From IMG/VR virus record IMGVR_UViG_3300035047_000236: a DNA stretch of 62,853 nucleotides; one strand, 5' to 3'. Position 1 is the first letter of the stretch. Every line of letters starts with the position of its first letter. A program made the translations under genes and the position numbers. This DNA comes from a virus. Of the stretch, positions 39,745 to 48,949 are shown piece after piece. The notes under the pieces are model-generated. The model ran no database searches. It saw only the letters and a program-made list of their open reading frames with translations, and was not told the origin of the DNA.

Positions 39745-40572
39745 TTACTTCTCCTTTGTTTTTTTACAGCTTAATTCATAATAATTACACTTAGGTAATT
39801 TATGTACCATTTTATGGCATGATTTACAAAGTGTAATTACATTATAAATATCATTACCAATCAATGGGTTTTGTGCATAACCTTCTATATGGTGACAATG
39901 TAATTGTGCTTCATTCTGAGTTTTACCACAAATTTGACACTCCCAATTGTCTCGTTCAAAACACATCTGTCTAACTAAAGGATTGACTTCACGTGATGAA
40001 GCTTTTTTAAATCCTTTTGGATATTTTATTTTTCTATAAATTGGGCAAGCATCTTTACACCCATCCGAACAGTAAATAAAACAATCACCCTCACAATTAC
40101 CATTCAATGAGCCTATTCTATTTATAACTTTCATTGTGGTTGGTATAAAACACTTACCGCAGTATTTACACACAACCTCTAGTGATATACCGTCTTTAGC
40201 AAGCCTTGGCAACTCATCTATGGTTAGTTTGTCTACATATAAATGATATTTAGCATTTGAATTTAAATATGCTACTCTCACATCTTTATTGTTGGCTCTG
40301 TATTCCTTTTCCTGTTTATATATTCTATTTTTATTAATAATAAGATACTGTTTTCTTTTATCTGGATTATTTTTCCTATACTCCCGAACATATTCTAATT
40401 TTTTCTTTCTATTAATAGTATACCATTTTTTATCATATGTATGTTTTACTTCTTTATCATTTTTTTTTCTACATAATTTACAGATAGTATGTAGCCCATC
40501 TTTCTTATATTTATCTTTGTGGAATTCATCTCTGTCTTTATCTTCTTTACATTTATTACATATTTTTTTCAT
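39745..40572 (-). CDS. HNH homing endonuclease
   Basis: N-terminal CxxC pairs, RDNWECQICG...HCHHI...NVITLCKSCH. Confidence 0.85.
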   Translation of the reverse strand: MKKICNKCKEDKDRDEFHKDKYKKDGLHTICKLCRKKNDKEVKHTYDKKWYTINRKKKLEYVREYRKNNPDKRKQYLIINKNRIYKQEKEYRANNKDVRVAYLNSNAKYHLYVDKLTIDELPRLAKDGISLEVVCKYCGKCFIPTTMKVINRIGSLNGNCEGDCFIYCSDGCKDACPIYRKIKYPKGFKKASSREVNPLVRQMCFERDNWECQICGKTQNEAQLHCHHIEGYAQNPLIGNDIYNVITLCKSCHKMVHKLPKCNYYELSCKKTKEK

Positions 40573-40580
40573 AATTATTT

Positions 40581-41226
40581 TCAGATACTTATTTTTCTTC
40601 TTCTTGTTATTAACAATAATCCTAAACCAGATCCAAAAAGCAATATAGTAGTAGGTTCTGGAACTGGGTTTACCTTATCAAGTCTAACTAATAAATTTTG
40701 TGCTTCTACACCATCTTTGTAAGATGTTATAGCATAAATATAATCTAAACTTGAAAACATTATACTGTCATTATCTCTTTCAGATAAGTAATATAGATAT
40801 TTATCTTCAATTATTCCTTTTGTTCTATTTTCAAACAGATCTCCATAAACTGCATCCCATATGGCAATTTGCAGCCCAGCAGAATTTTTTTTTGTGGGCA
40901 GAAGCATCATCTCCCCAACTATCCATTAACCATGCTGCATATAAGTAATTTCCACTATTAACATCTATAATATTTAAATCAACATCGTAAGTTTTTTCAA
41001 GCATATCATTATGTATATCAACACAATAACCAAATGTTGAAAAATACTTTGAATCATCATAATTTAAGGTTATACCGAATTCTGTAGCATACCATGTTTT
41101 ATTTACATTATCATATTTATATTTTATATCAGATAAACCGTTGTATTTTACTTCCATTTTAGCAGCTAAACAAACACTACAAAATATAAATGAGAGTAAA
41201 AGTGTTAATAAAAATAATTTTTTCAT
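40581..41226 (-). pseudogene. Signal-peptide, PEP-CTERM surface protein split by a frameshift at an A9 tract (40885-40893)
   Basis: MKKLFLLTLLL signal and GYCVD...AAWLM. Other frame gives AGLQIAIW...VPEPTTILLFGSGLGLLLITRRRK. A8 would fuse them. Confidence 0.85.
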
Positions 41227-41305
41227 TCTATTTCTCCTTTATTTACTTTTTTAAACCAATTTATATTTAATAGTAGGTTATATTATTATTTTATAGTTCA
41301 TATAT

Positions 41306-41596
41306 TTAATAAAAACTCTTCATTGGTATTTTTAATGTTTTATTTTCAGCCACACCAAAACAATAATCATAACCATAAAAAAGTATTCCATCCTCTTCCA
41401 CTTCCCAATACTCTGGGCAAGAAAAGTTAATGTTGTTTATATCAATATATCTTTCAAAAACATCCAATATATGTTTCTCGTGTTTTTCTTTTAGAACCAT
41501 TATTGTGTGTAATTCATTTTCAATCATTTTATCTTTCTGGGGGCTTTCTAAAACTCCACTCATTAAATCCATGTTTCTCTTTCCTTTCTCTATCAC
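41306..41596 (-). CDS. Hypothetical protein
   Basis: In-operon ORF, start uncertain. Confidence 0.45.
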   Translation of the reverse strand: MIEKGKRNMDLMSGVLESPQKDKMIENELHTIMVLKEKHEKHILDVFERYIDINNINFSCPEYWEVEEDGILFYGYDYCFGVAENKTLKIPMKSFY

Positions 41597-42227
41597 TTAG
41601 TTCAACTATTTTATTTTCTGTTCCACCTAAAATACCTCCTAAAAACATACTTATATCTTGATATGTTGTATAAGCATCCTTAACCCTATAAAATTTATGT
41701 TTTTTTAAGTTAGGATTAATTATAAACCTGCTATAATCACCATCATACATTAGAATTGGAGATTTATACTTGTGATGAAGGTCTATAAGTGTATTTTCTG
41801 GTATATTTATATTAAATAAATTTTCCGCCCGCCTGCGAGTAATATTTCTGTTGAAATAAAATCTTTTCTTATTTAACCACTCTTTTTTAATTTCTTTATT
41901 ACCATATCTCATAATATCCCTATGTAAAGTAACTATATCATAGTAATAAAAATACTTATTCTTATACCTAAAAATAATAAGAGGATAAATCTCACCACAA
42001 AAGAAAATCACACAATAATAACTAAGCGTAAAAACCTTCTCATCATAGTAACGTGGCAATATTCTAAGATCGTCATTGCAATAATTACGTAGAGTCCCAA
42101 ACACCTCTTTATACTCAATAGTGTCATCCTCAAATGTAATTTCTTTTCTTTTATATATACAAGTTAAATCCATTCCATAGGTTGATACTGTATCATAATA
42201 GTCATGGAACTTACTTATAATTCTCAT
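41529..42227 (-). CDS. Conserved phage hypothetical protein
   Basis: MRIISKFHDYYD...NPNLK..KFYRV.D....YQDISMF...KHGF...SFR. Confidence 0.7.
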   Translation of the reverse strand: MRIISKFHDYYDTVSTYGMDLTCIYKRKEITFEDDTIEYKEVFGTLRNYCNDDLRILPRYYDEKVFTLSYYCVIFFCGEIYPLIIFRYKNKYFYYYDIVTLHRDIMRYGNKEIKKEWLNKKRFYFNRNITRRRAENLFNINIPENTLIDLHHKYKSPILMYDGDYSRFIINPNLKKHKFYRVKDAYTTYQDISMFLGGILGGTENKIVELSDRERKEKHGFNEWSFRKPPER

Positions 42228-42238
42228 ATCTTAATACC

Positions 42239-42718
42239 TCATAAATCTATTATTAAATCAAAGCCCTCACTATAAGAAGGATAGTTAAATACGTCTAAAT
42301 TTCTCCTATAAACAGTTCTCCATTTTTCTTCACTTGTGTTACCATGGTTGTTACTTAACCTTCTTCTAACGTGCTCATATTCACCACAGTCCTTAAACAC
42401 AATAGCCTCAACTTTGTAATCATACTTCTTTGCTAGTTGTATAAATGGTTTCCTATCCATTACCCTCATGTTTGTTTCATCTATAATGATAGTATTTATA
42501 CATAGCCTTAGACACGCTTCACACGTACTTACTGATATATCATTTATAATTGGTTCAATACTATCGTCATAGATATAACTTTCACCTATTCCTGATGCTA
42601 TAAAGGATCTAATTTGATCTTTTGATAATACTGTTTTATTTCCTTTGATGCTTTTTATATAAGTTGTTTTACCACTTCCTATATTACCAATCAATATTTT
42701 TATTGTTCTCATATACAC
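42239..42718 (-). CDS. P-loop kinase (AAA_33 / polynucleotide kinase-like)
   Basis: GNIGSGKTT, SKDQIR, IIDETN, P...EGFD. Confidence 0.8.
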   Translation of the reverse strand: MYMRTIKILIGNIGSGKTTYIKSIKGNKTVLSKDQIRSFIASGIGESYIYDDSIEPIINDISVSTCEACLRLCINTIIIDETNMRVMDRKPFIQLAKKYDYKVEAIVFKDCGEYEHVRRRLSNNHGNTSEEKWRTVYRRNLDVFNYPSYSEGFDLIIDL

Positions 42719-42761
42719 CTACACATAATAGTTAATTAAAAAATTTTCCACCTGCAAAATT

Positions 42762-43049
42762 TCATTTGGTTTTTCTTTCTTGGTATGTGTCAGGAGGAAA
42801 CTCATTAATATCAATTCTCCATAGATGCCTCTGGTTTTGCCCATCAAACAGATCACATTGCCTAGGATATATCTCAACAGCAGAAGCATCACCTCCAAAA
42901 GCAATACATTTTAACAACTGCATCTCATAAAAAGTGGGTTGAACATCATCATCCACATTAATATTTCTAATTACCGCATGTCGTTCACTTTCTAGATCAA
43001 TTAAATAATTACCAAACTGTCGTTCATGATCTTCTATTTTCATTGCCAT
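42762..43049 (-). CDS. Conserved small phage protein
   Basis: PTFYEMQLLK...AVEIYP...RHLW. Confidence 0.65.
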   Translation of the reverse strand: MAMKIEDHERQFGNYLIDLESERHAVIRNINVDDDVQPTFYEMQLLKCIAFGGDASAVEIYPRQCDLFDGQNQRHLWRIDINEFPPDTYQERKTK

Positions 43050-43131
43050 TTTTTTATACCCTTTATTTATATATTAGTTAGTTAAATGCCCTGGACTTAG
43101 TTTTAATAGGGCCGCAGGCCCGTCCGCAGTT

Positions 43132-44010
43132 TTAGGTTCTATTACACACAGTATTAACACTATTCTTCCTTAGTTCTGCCAGTGTACAACCTTCTAGTTG
43201 ATGACAGACCTCATAATGACAATATTTACATAATCCCCAAAGATTGTCTTTGTCTAGTTGTAAATGGGGATGTGTTGCTACTGGTTTCTCGTGATGTACT
43301 TCTTCACTTGGGTGTTCACCACACATTTCACACATGCCATCATTTCTAGAAAGTATTTCATCACGAAGTTCTTGTGGTATGGGCTCTCTTAATGTTGGAT
43401 TATTAGGAACTAAAGCGTATGTCTTAAACACAGGACATACCACTTTGCATTCTTCTGAACAATATAAATTGTTTTCTGCATTACCAGCTCGTCCGTCTAA
43501 CGCAACCATTCTGTGCCAAACCTGTGAATTGGTAGGCTTAAAGTACTTTCTACAATATTTGCACTTAACTTCTAAACTAATACCGTCTTTAGATAGCATA
43601 GCACCTTCGTCTATGGTTAATCTATCACTATAAGTTTTAAATCTAGCGAGCCTTTTGCCACGTTTTTTATCATTCTCTCTGTAGATTTCTATATTATCTT
43701 TACGATATTGTCTGTTCCAGGCTAATCTTTTTTCTCTGTTTTTCCAATACCTTTTTCTATCAGCACTTTTCACTGCTTCGAGATTTTCTTTTCTATATAT
43801 TCTTGCCTTTTCTATTATTATTTCTCTATTTTTACACCTATACTCTCTTTGATTCTTTTTATAATATTCTTGGTTATTTTGGTAATACTTTTTACATCTT
43901 TTTTTATTACATTCTCTGCAATCACCTCTTAGAGAAAACGTACTGTGTTTATTTTTAGGAAAATCCCATAACGCTTTATGCTTACCGCACTTTGTACATA
44001 TTTTCCACAT
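43132..44010 (-). CDS. HNH homing endonuclease, paralog of 39745..40572
   Basis: Shared LTIDE...KDGISLEV.CKYC.K.F.PT...YCS..CK..CP, EVHHEKP...NLWGLCKYCH. Confidence 0.85.
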   Translation of the reverse strand: MWKICTKCGKHKALWDFPKNKHSTFSLRGDCRECNKKRCKKYYQNNQEYYKKNQREYRCKNREIIIEKARIYRKENLEAVKSADRKRYWKNREKRLAWNRQYRKDNIEIYRENDKKRGKRLARFKTYSDRLTIDEGAMLSKDGISLEVKCKYCRKYFKPTNSQVWHRMVALDGRAGNAENNLYCSEECKVVCPVFKTYALVPNNPTLREPIPQELRDEILSRNDGMCEMCGEHPSEEVHHEKPVATHPHLQLDKDNLWGLCKYCHYEVCHQLEGCTLAELRKNSVNTVCNRT

Positions 44011-44057
44011 AAAAAATACTCCTTATTTTAAATAATACTAATATAATACAGTATTTA

Positions 44058-45302
44058 CTATTGTAAAGACACTTTATTAAAATCTAAATATGACTTACAC
44101 ACCATGTATAGGTCACACTCAGAATAATGCCCTAAACCTGCATTAACTGCCCATATAACAACCCTACAGTTATCAGGAGTATACCCCTTACTAACATCAA
44201 CTCTGTCTATAGAAGGACCGTATGGGTTTCTTGGTTTGAATGCATCGTAGTCATACTCAATTCCTGTTAGCTCACATTTATTTTCCTTCATTTTTTCATA
44301 TAACCACTCTTTAGTTATATTATGCTCTAAGTTCTTTTGTTTAGATCTAACTCTTGAATAGTATAATAATCTTCTTATTTTGAATTCTTTTGGGTTTTTT
44401 GTTTTAAGTTTTTTTAAGTTCTTTTTGTTTTGTTTAATTATATAGTCTTTTCTTTTTGATGGTTCAATAGGCATCTTATATATTCTATATGTACCTTTAA
44501 TTTTTCTCATATACTCGTTAGTTTTATCTATTTTTCCAAGTTTTTTAAAATATTTTTGTTTTTCTATTATTTCAGGAATTAATAATAATTCTATATCTGT
44601 TATTTCTATTTGTTTACTTAGTTTCCATTCTTTCTTTATTTTAGTTAGTTTATTTTTAAATTTTATTGCGTGTTCATTACAACAATAAAAAGTTGTACTA
44701 TGTTTTTTAGAGTTAGTACCATTAATAAAAGATCTTATTTTTCTAACTTGATTAAAATTAGGTTCAAACCACTCATTACAATAAACACATCTAACATTAA
44801 GTATATCTTTATCATAACTTGCTTGACATATATCGTAGTATATACCTAAATCAACATATCGGTTGTACAATACATGCATCTTTCCTTTTTCCATTATTTT
44901 CCAATAACGGTCTGTTTTATGTTTTTTATTAAGTTTTTTAATGTATATATCTTTTTTATGTTTGGCAATTATAGCTGCAGATTTAAGTTTTTGTGATTTG
45001 GTTTTCTTTTCGTTATTCCAGTCTTTATGTTTGTTTTTACACTTATTAGAGCAATAACACTTCTTTATGCTTATACGATGTAGTACTTCCTCATTACACC
45101 ATTCGCATTTGTTTTCTTCATAATAACCTTTTATTTCAAAATATTTATTACTAGGTATGCCAGTTTTAAAGTGAGGAACTCCTTTGTATAAAGCAAGTCC
45201 TTTAGAGGTAGGTTTTAATATATGTTGTTCTAACTCTTCATAACACAGTTTAATGGTTTTAGGTACTATTTGTTTCATTTTACCTCCTATTGCGTTTTTC
45301 AT
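44058..45302 (-). CDS. Putative His-Me finger endonuclease
   Basis: C-terminal CELTG...PSIDRVDVSKGYTPDNC...N. Confidence 0.7.
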   Translation of the reverse strand: MKNAIGGKMKQIVPKTIKLCYEELEQHILKPTSKGLALYKGVPHFKTGIPSNKYFEIKGYYEENKCEWCNEEVLHRISIKKCYCSNKCKNKHKDWNNEKKTKSQKLKSAAIIAKHKKDIYIKKLNKKHKTDRYWKIMEKGKMHVLYNRYVDLGIYYDICQASYDKDILNVRCVYCNEWFEPNFNQVRKIRSFINGTNSKKHSTTFYCCNEHAIKFKNKLTKIKKEWKLSKQIEITDIELLLIPEIIEKQKYFKKLGKIDKTNEYMRKIKGTYRIYKMPIEPSKRKDYIIKQNKKNLKKLKTKNPKEFKIRRLLYYSRVRSKQKNLEHNITKEWLYEKMKENKCELTGIEYDYDAFKPRNPYGPSIDRVDVSKGYTPDNCRVVIWAVNAGLGHYSECDLYMVCKSYLDFNKVSLQ

Positions 45303-45624
45303 ATTCTTTTACATACTTATTTGCCCAGTACTCAAATACTTTTATATCGTGGTCTGCTTTAGCAATATTAAACATGTGGCATACCATCCAGCAATTATCG
45401 TATGTATAACCTTTACTGTTATCAATTCTATCAATTGTGGGGTATAGTGGGTTTAAATATGGTTTTAAATTTAAATTGAATTTTAGACCTGTTGCTTCGC
45501 ATCTCCCTTTTCTTAATTTTTTAATTACCCACTCTTGATCTAATTCAAATTGTATATTCTTTTGTTTGGATCTTTTCTTCAGTCTATTAATTTTTAGATT
45601 TAGACTACTAAATATAGAACTCAT
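45280..45624 (-). CDS. Putative His-Me finger endonuclease domain
   Basis: CEATG...PTIDRIDNSKGYTYDNCWMVC..FN.AK. Confidence 0.7.
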   Translation of the reverse strand: MSSIFSSLNLKINRLKKRSKQKNIQFELDQEWVIKKLRKGRCEATGLKFNLNLKPYLNPLYPTIDRIDNSKGYTYDNCWMVCHMFNIAKADHDIKVFEYWANKYVKEYEKRNRR

Positions 45625-46053
45625 AGTTATTTTCCTTTTCTGATTGTTTTACTATAGTTATTGGTACTGTTTGTAGTAAAGACTTATTATGATAGTAATA
45701 TGGTTAATGTTATGATTATTAATACTACTTATCTAATAATATCATAGTCAGTTAAATATTTAACATTCTATTTAAATAGAGTTTGGGTACCATTCTATGA
45801 TGGTCATCTATATTTAAAATTCACCAAATTTTGGGACCCAGGGTAACAGGGTTATGAGATGTATATTTTACATATACATTTTGGTTATAGCCCCCTTAAC
45901 TGATTGGCAGTTGACTGGGACTATGAGTGATCAACTGGACTCAATCATAAGCATTTGATTGAACCACCTGGTTGGTTGCTTTATTTTTTCAGGGGACCCC
46001 CCCTGGGTCTAACTGCCAGGATACTTGGTAGCAACCCTCTTACAAGGAGGTGC

Positions 46054-46278
46054 ATCTCGCCAACTCGTAAGATACTTATCCAGAAGGGTCGGGACTCCGT
46101 GGTGACACGGAAGGTCAATGATACCTGGACTGTTATAGTTCAGTTTCCTACTCGGACCCTTACCCATAAAGTTCCTGCTGACAGGGGCTATGGCTGGGAT
46201 GAGAATACTGCAGCAAGACTTGCGAACCAGGTCTATGCTGTTGGTAAACTTGACCCTGCCCTCTGGGTAGAGGTTTAG
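46054..46278 (+). CDS. Hypothetical protein with strong RBS but no canonical start
   Basis: AAGGAGG ends at 46050, followed by TGC ATC TCG CCA. Confidence 0.4.
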   Translation: MSPTRKILIQKGRDSVVTRKVNDTWTVIVQFPTRTLTHKVPADRGYGWDENTAARLANQVYAVGKLDPALWVEV

Positions 46279-46404
46279 TCGCCTTCTGGTATCGCAATTC
46301 CTTACTCAGGAGTAAGTGACACTTCCGTTGCGATGTAAAATAAACCCACTACCATCTTGGGGAGGACAAGATGGTATTTTAACACTTAATTTGGGAAATT
46401 CTAT

Positions 46405-46572
46405 ATGAATCCGAAGATTAAGTGGAGTATATATGCAGCACTGCTGGTTCTCTTCGTTGAGGTGAACTGGATATGTGCTGATTTGTCAATGAGCTACAGG
46501 GAGTTCCTCAAAGTTTTCTGTTGGGAACTCCCTGTAGAATTAGTTAAGGCTTGGATTCCAGGTCTTAGCTAA
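46405..46572 (+). CDS. Small membrane protein (55 aa, not in track)
   Basis: MNPKIKWSIYAALLVLFVEVNWIC... Confidence 0.4.
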   Translation: MNPKIKWSIYAALLVLFVEVNWICADLSMSYREFLKVFCWELPVELVKAWIPGLS

Positions 46573-46634
46573 TCTATCGTGACATCCCTAACTGCCAGGG
46601 GTCTTGGCAGCAACCACACACATAGGAGGTCTAT

Positions 46635-46820
46635 ATGACTCAACAATGTGATTACCTCGAAGCCCATTATGACCATCATGGCGAAGCTTATGAAGTACTT
46701 TGCCTTAAAGGTCAGGACTGCTGTGACGGATGTCATCATTATTCCGTCACAGTAAGTGGTGACATTGGAACTTCTGCACTGGCAAGCACATATGTCAGTG
46801 ACTCAAAAATTCCTTTCTAA
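46635..46820 (+). CDS. Cys/His-rich small protein
   Basis: AGGAGG RBS. Confidence 0.65.
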   Translation: MTQQCDYLEAHYDHHGEAYEVLCLKGQDCCDGCHHYSVTVSGDIGTSALASTYVSDSKIPF

Positions 46821-47043
46821 CCATTGAGGTTTTGGAGAGAAATCCTGCACCCCGCCAGAGGTGTATCACTCAATCTGGTAGCCCGCGTACAAGCGACCGC
46901 CAAGTGGTGTGGGTGGAAACAGCAGCATTAACAGTGCTGGCTGACAGACGCTTGTGTAACTTCCATGTTAATAACCGTTGTGCTCCGCTTTGAGGAGATT
47001 GCCTACCATAGTGCGTAGGTCAACATTAACATGGAGGCTTATA

Positions 47044-47465
47044 TGATAATCCGTTGGTTAGGGGCTTTTCGTAAGTCCAATAGTAACGGGTTATTGGATA
47101 GTCTCGTGTGGGAGACTTCCCAGAATGACCGTACAGCTCTTGCAGCTGAGCGGTTGGTTAAGGGAAAGTCTCGTATCCACGGGTCTAAGATAGGCTTGCT
47201 GGTAAAGAATCGGTCACTTCTTCGGAAGTTTTCCGGTGATGTCTGGTCAGAGTATGACCCAGACACTGGTAAGCTTATCAAGACTCGGCATGAACACTCT
47301 GCATATTCAAGTCACACAGAGTGCTTCGTGCGCCCTGACTACTGTGGTATTGTGGTCAAACGTGGCGCACGGGAACGTGCTACCGAGACTGCAAGGGCAT
47401 TCGCACAGTCCCACGGATTGCCTTTGTTAAGACTTACCAGGGACGGAAGGTTGGTGAGTTTTTAA
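47044..47465 (+). CDS. Hypothetical protein
   Basis: GGAGG RBS shortly upstream; start near MIIRW (approximate). Confidence 0.6.
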
Positions 47466-47466
47466 C

Positions 47467-47845
47467 TAAGTTCAAGTGCCCCGATTCTTGAAACAGATAG
47501 GGGAAGGGTAAGCGGCTTGACCGCCGTTGTCCTGAACACCGGAGTATCCTCGGTGAGTATAAAAATAAGGATACAGGCTTGCCAGGGCGCCTAATAAAAC
47601 GCTGAGGACCTGGAGCGGCTTCCCCGCCAGCCGGAAGACATCTGCGGGCACAACCTGGATGCTTCGTAGCATATGAAGGGATTGTGTAAACATTAAGGAC
47701 TCTTGACACCACAGAGTATAAACAAAAGGTGACGGTGAGCCACATTGGTTCCTGTGTAATTCAGGATTAAATCACCGTGGCGGTAATCAAACCGTCGATA
47801 TTAAACCACTCCGGTCAAGGGGAACGCTGAACCGGAGTTTTATTT
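47467..47845 (+). ncRNA. Candidate large structured non-coding RNA
   Basis: No plus-strand ORF with RBS, dense hairpins and at least three H-type pseudoknots. Confidence 0.55.
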
Positions 47846-48151
47846 TAGCAAAGCCCACTGCATATGAAAGGAGTCTATAATAACTACAATCAACTTTTCC
47901 ACCAACGGCACAATTTGTTTCCCCGTTTCCGCCTCTACCGCCAATAGGATTAATAATGAGGTACGGCGTGCATGCCTTTGTCTGGAGGCAGAGGTGAACA
48001 TAGCCAGCCCCACAATCACACCGTCCACCTACAACCCAACAACTAACACACAACCAACCTATTCATATGCACAGTCCAGTAACTAACCTCCACCCAGTTC
48101 CGTGGTCGTTTTATTATTACACTAGACTGTGATTATGAAACATACTAGTGA

Positions 48152-48207
48152 ACTCGTCATGGCGAGTATAAATAGACCTTAAGCCATGAGCGTCCTTATG
48201 GGGTGGT
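48152..48207 (+). ncRNA. Pistol self-cleaving ribozyme
   Basis: P1 ACUCG/CGAGU, loop UCAUGG pairs with CCAUGA, AUAAAUAG, P2 ACC/GGU, UUAAG...AGCG, P3 UCC/GGG, GU cleavage site at 48203/48204. Confidence 0.9.
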
Positions 48208-48246
48208 AATTACAATAATCAATAACTGTATAATAGGAGGCGATGA

Positions 48247-48426
48247 ATGGACAAAAAGGCAAGGGTTATAGTCCTCTACGAAGATAACACCATCTTCGAC
48301 ATCTATGAGTTTGATTTGAGGACTAGAAAGGATGGTTTGTCTAAACCTCTCTGTGATATGCTTTGGATTGCAGAGCAGATCAGACCTGATGGTGGAAAAA
48401 TTCAGGTTGATTTTATCAAAGATTAA
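48247..48426 (+). CDS. 59-aa hypothetical protein downstream of the ribozyme (not in track)
   Basis: GGAGG RBS, MDKKARVIVLYEDNTIFDIYEFDL... Confidence 0.65.
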   Translation: MDKKARVIVLYEDNTIFDIYEFDLRTRKDGLSKPLCDMLWIAEQIRPDGGKIQVDFIKD

Positions 48427-48754
48427 ATTTTCATGTAGTAATAATTAATAACTGAAAGGAGATTATCATGGATTTTAAATGTGTACTGCTACTTGGAGGA
48501 GCTTCCGCAGTTGTGTTGTTTTGGATTATGCTTCTTCTCAGTAATATAATGATATAAGAAACAACACATGGTCAAGTGGAACTCTGAACCATGATACTAA
48601 TATACCTAGCGGCACACCAATATAAACAGCCATGGCACAGGGCTTACAATACTGTGCCCTTCCATATAAACTATTAAGCTACAGTTTGATGGTGTATATG
48701 GGAGTAGTAGCCCACTGCGGGCAGAAGCAGTAACCTTGGATAGGAGGTGTTCCT

Positions 48755-48949
48755 ATGGCACGGCAGTCTCGGCGTCATGGTAACAACACTGTCCGTGTAG
48801 CTAAGAGAATGGTCGATTACATCTGCTGGCGTATCGACCGTGAATCTGAAGCCATGCGCGACAGAGGTGAACCTTCAAGAAGAACAGACAGGTCCGCACT
48901 GAACGATTATCGAATCGACAGTGACGGCTCCCGCGTCTGGTCATTCTAG
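48755..48949 (+). CDS. Arg-rich small protein
   Basis: AGGAGG RBS. Confidence 0.65.
   Translation: MARQSRRHGNNTVRVAKRMVDYICWRIDRESEAMRDRGEPSRRTDRSALNDYRIDSDGSRVWSF

Noticed and set aside
2774-41000. Plus-strand ORFs in the minus-strand arm (e.g. 2774..3322, 31037..31459, 37987..38463)
   Set aside because: Antisense shadows of well-supported genes, without RBS or recognisable motifs
46290-46340. Hatchet ribozyme-like start (TTCCTTACTC...GTGACA)
   Set aside because: Downstream conserved hatchet core not found, so only a hairpin is supported
47659-47677. Additional pseudoknot ATGC-TTCGTA-GCAT-ATGAA
   Set aside because: Zero-length connecting loop makes it sterically doubtful and it competes with a neighbouring stem
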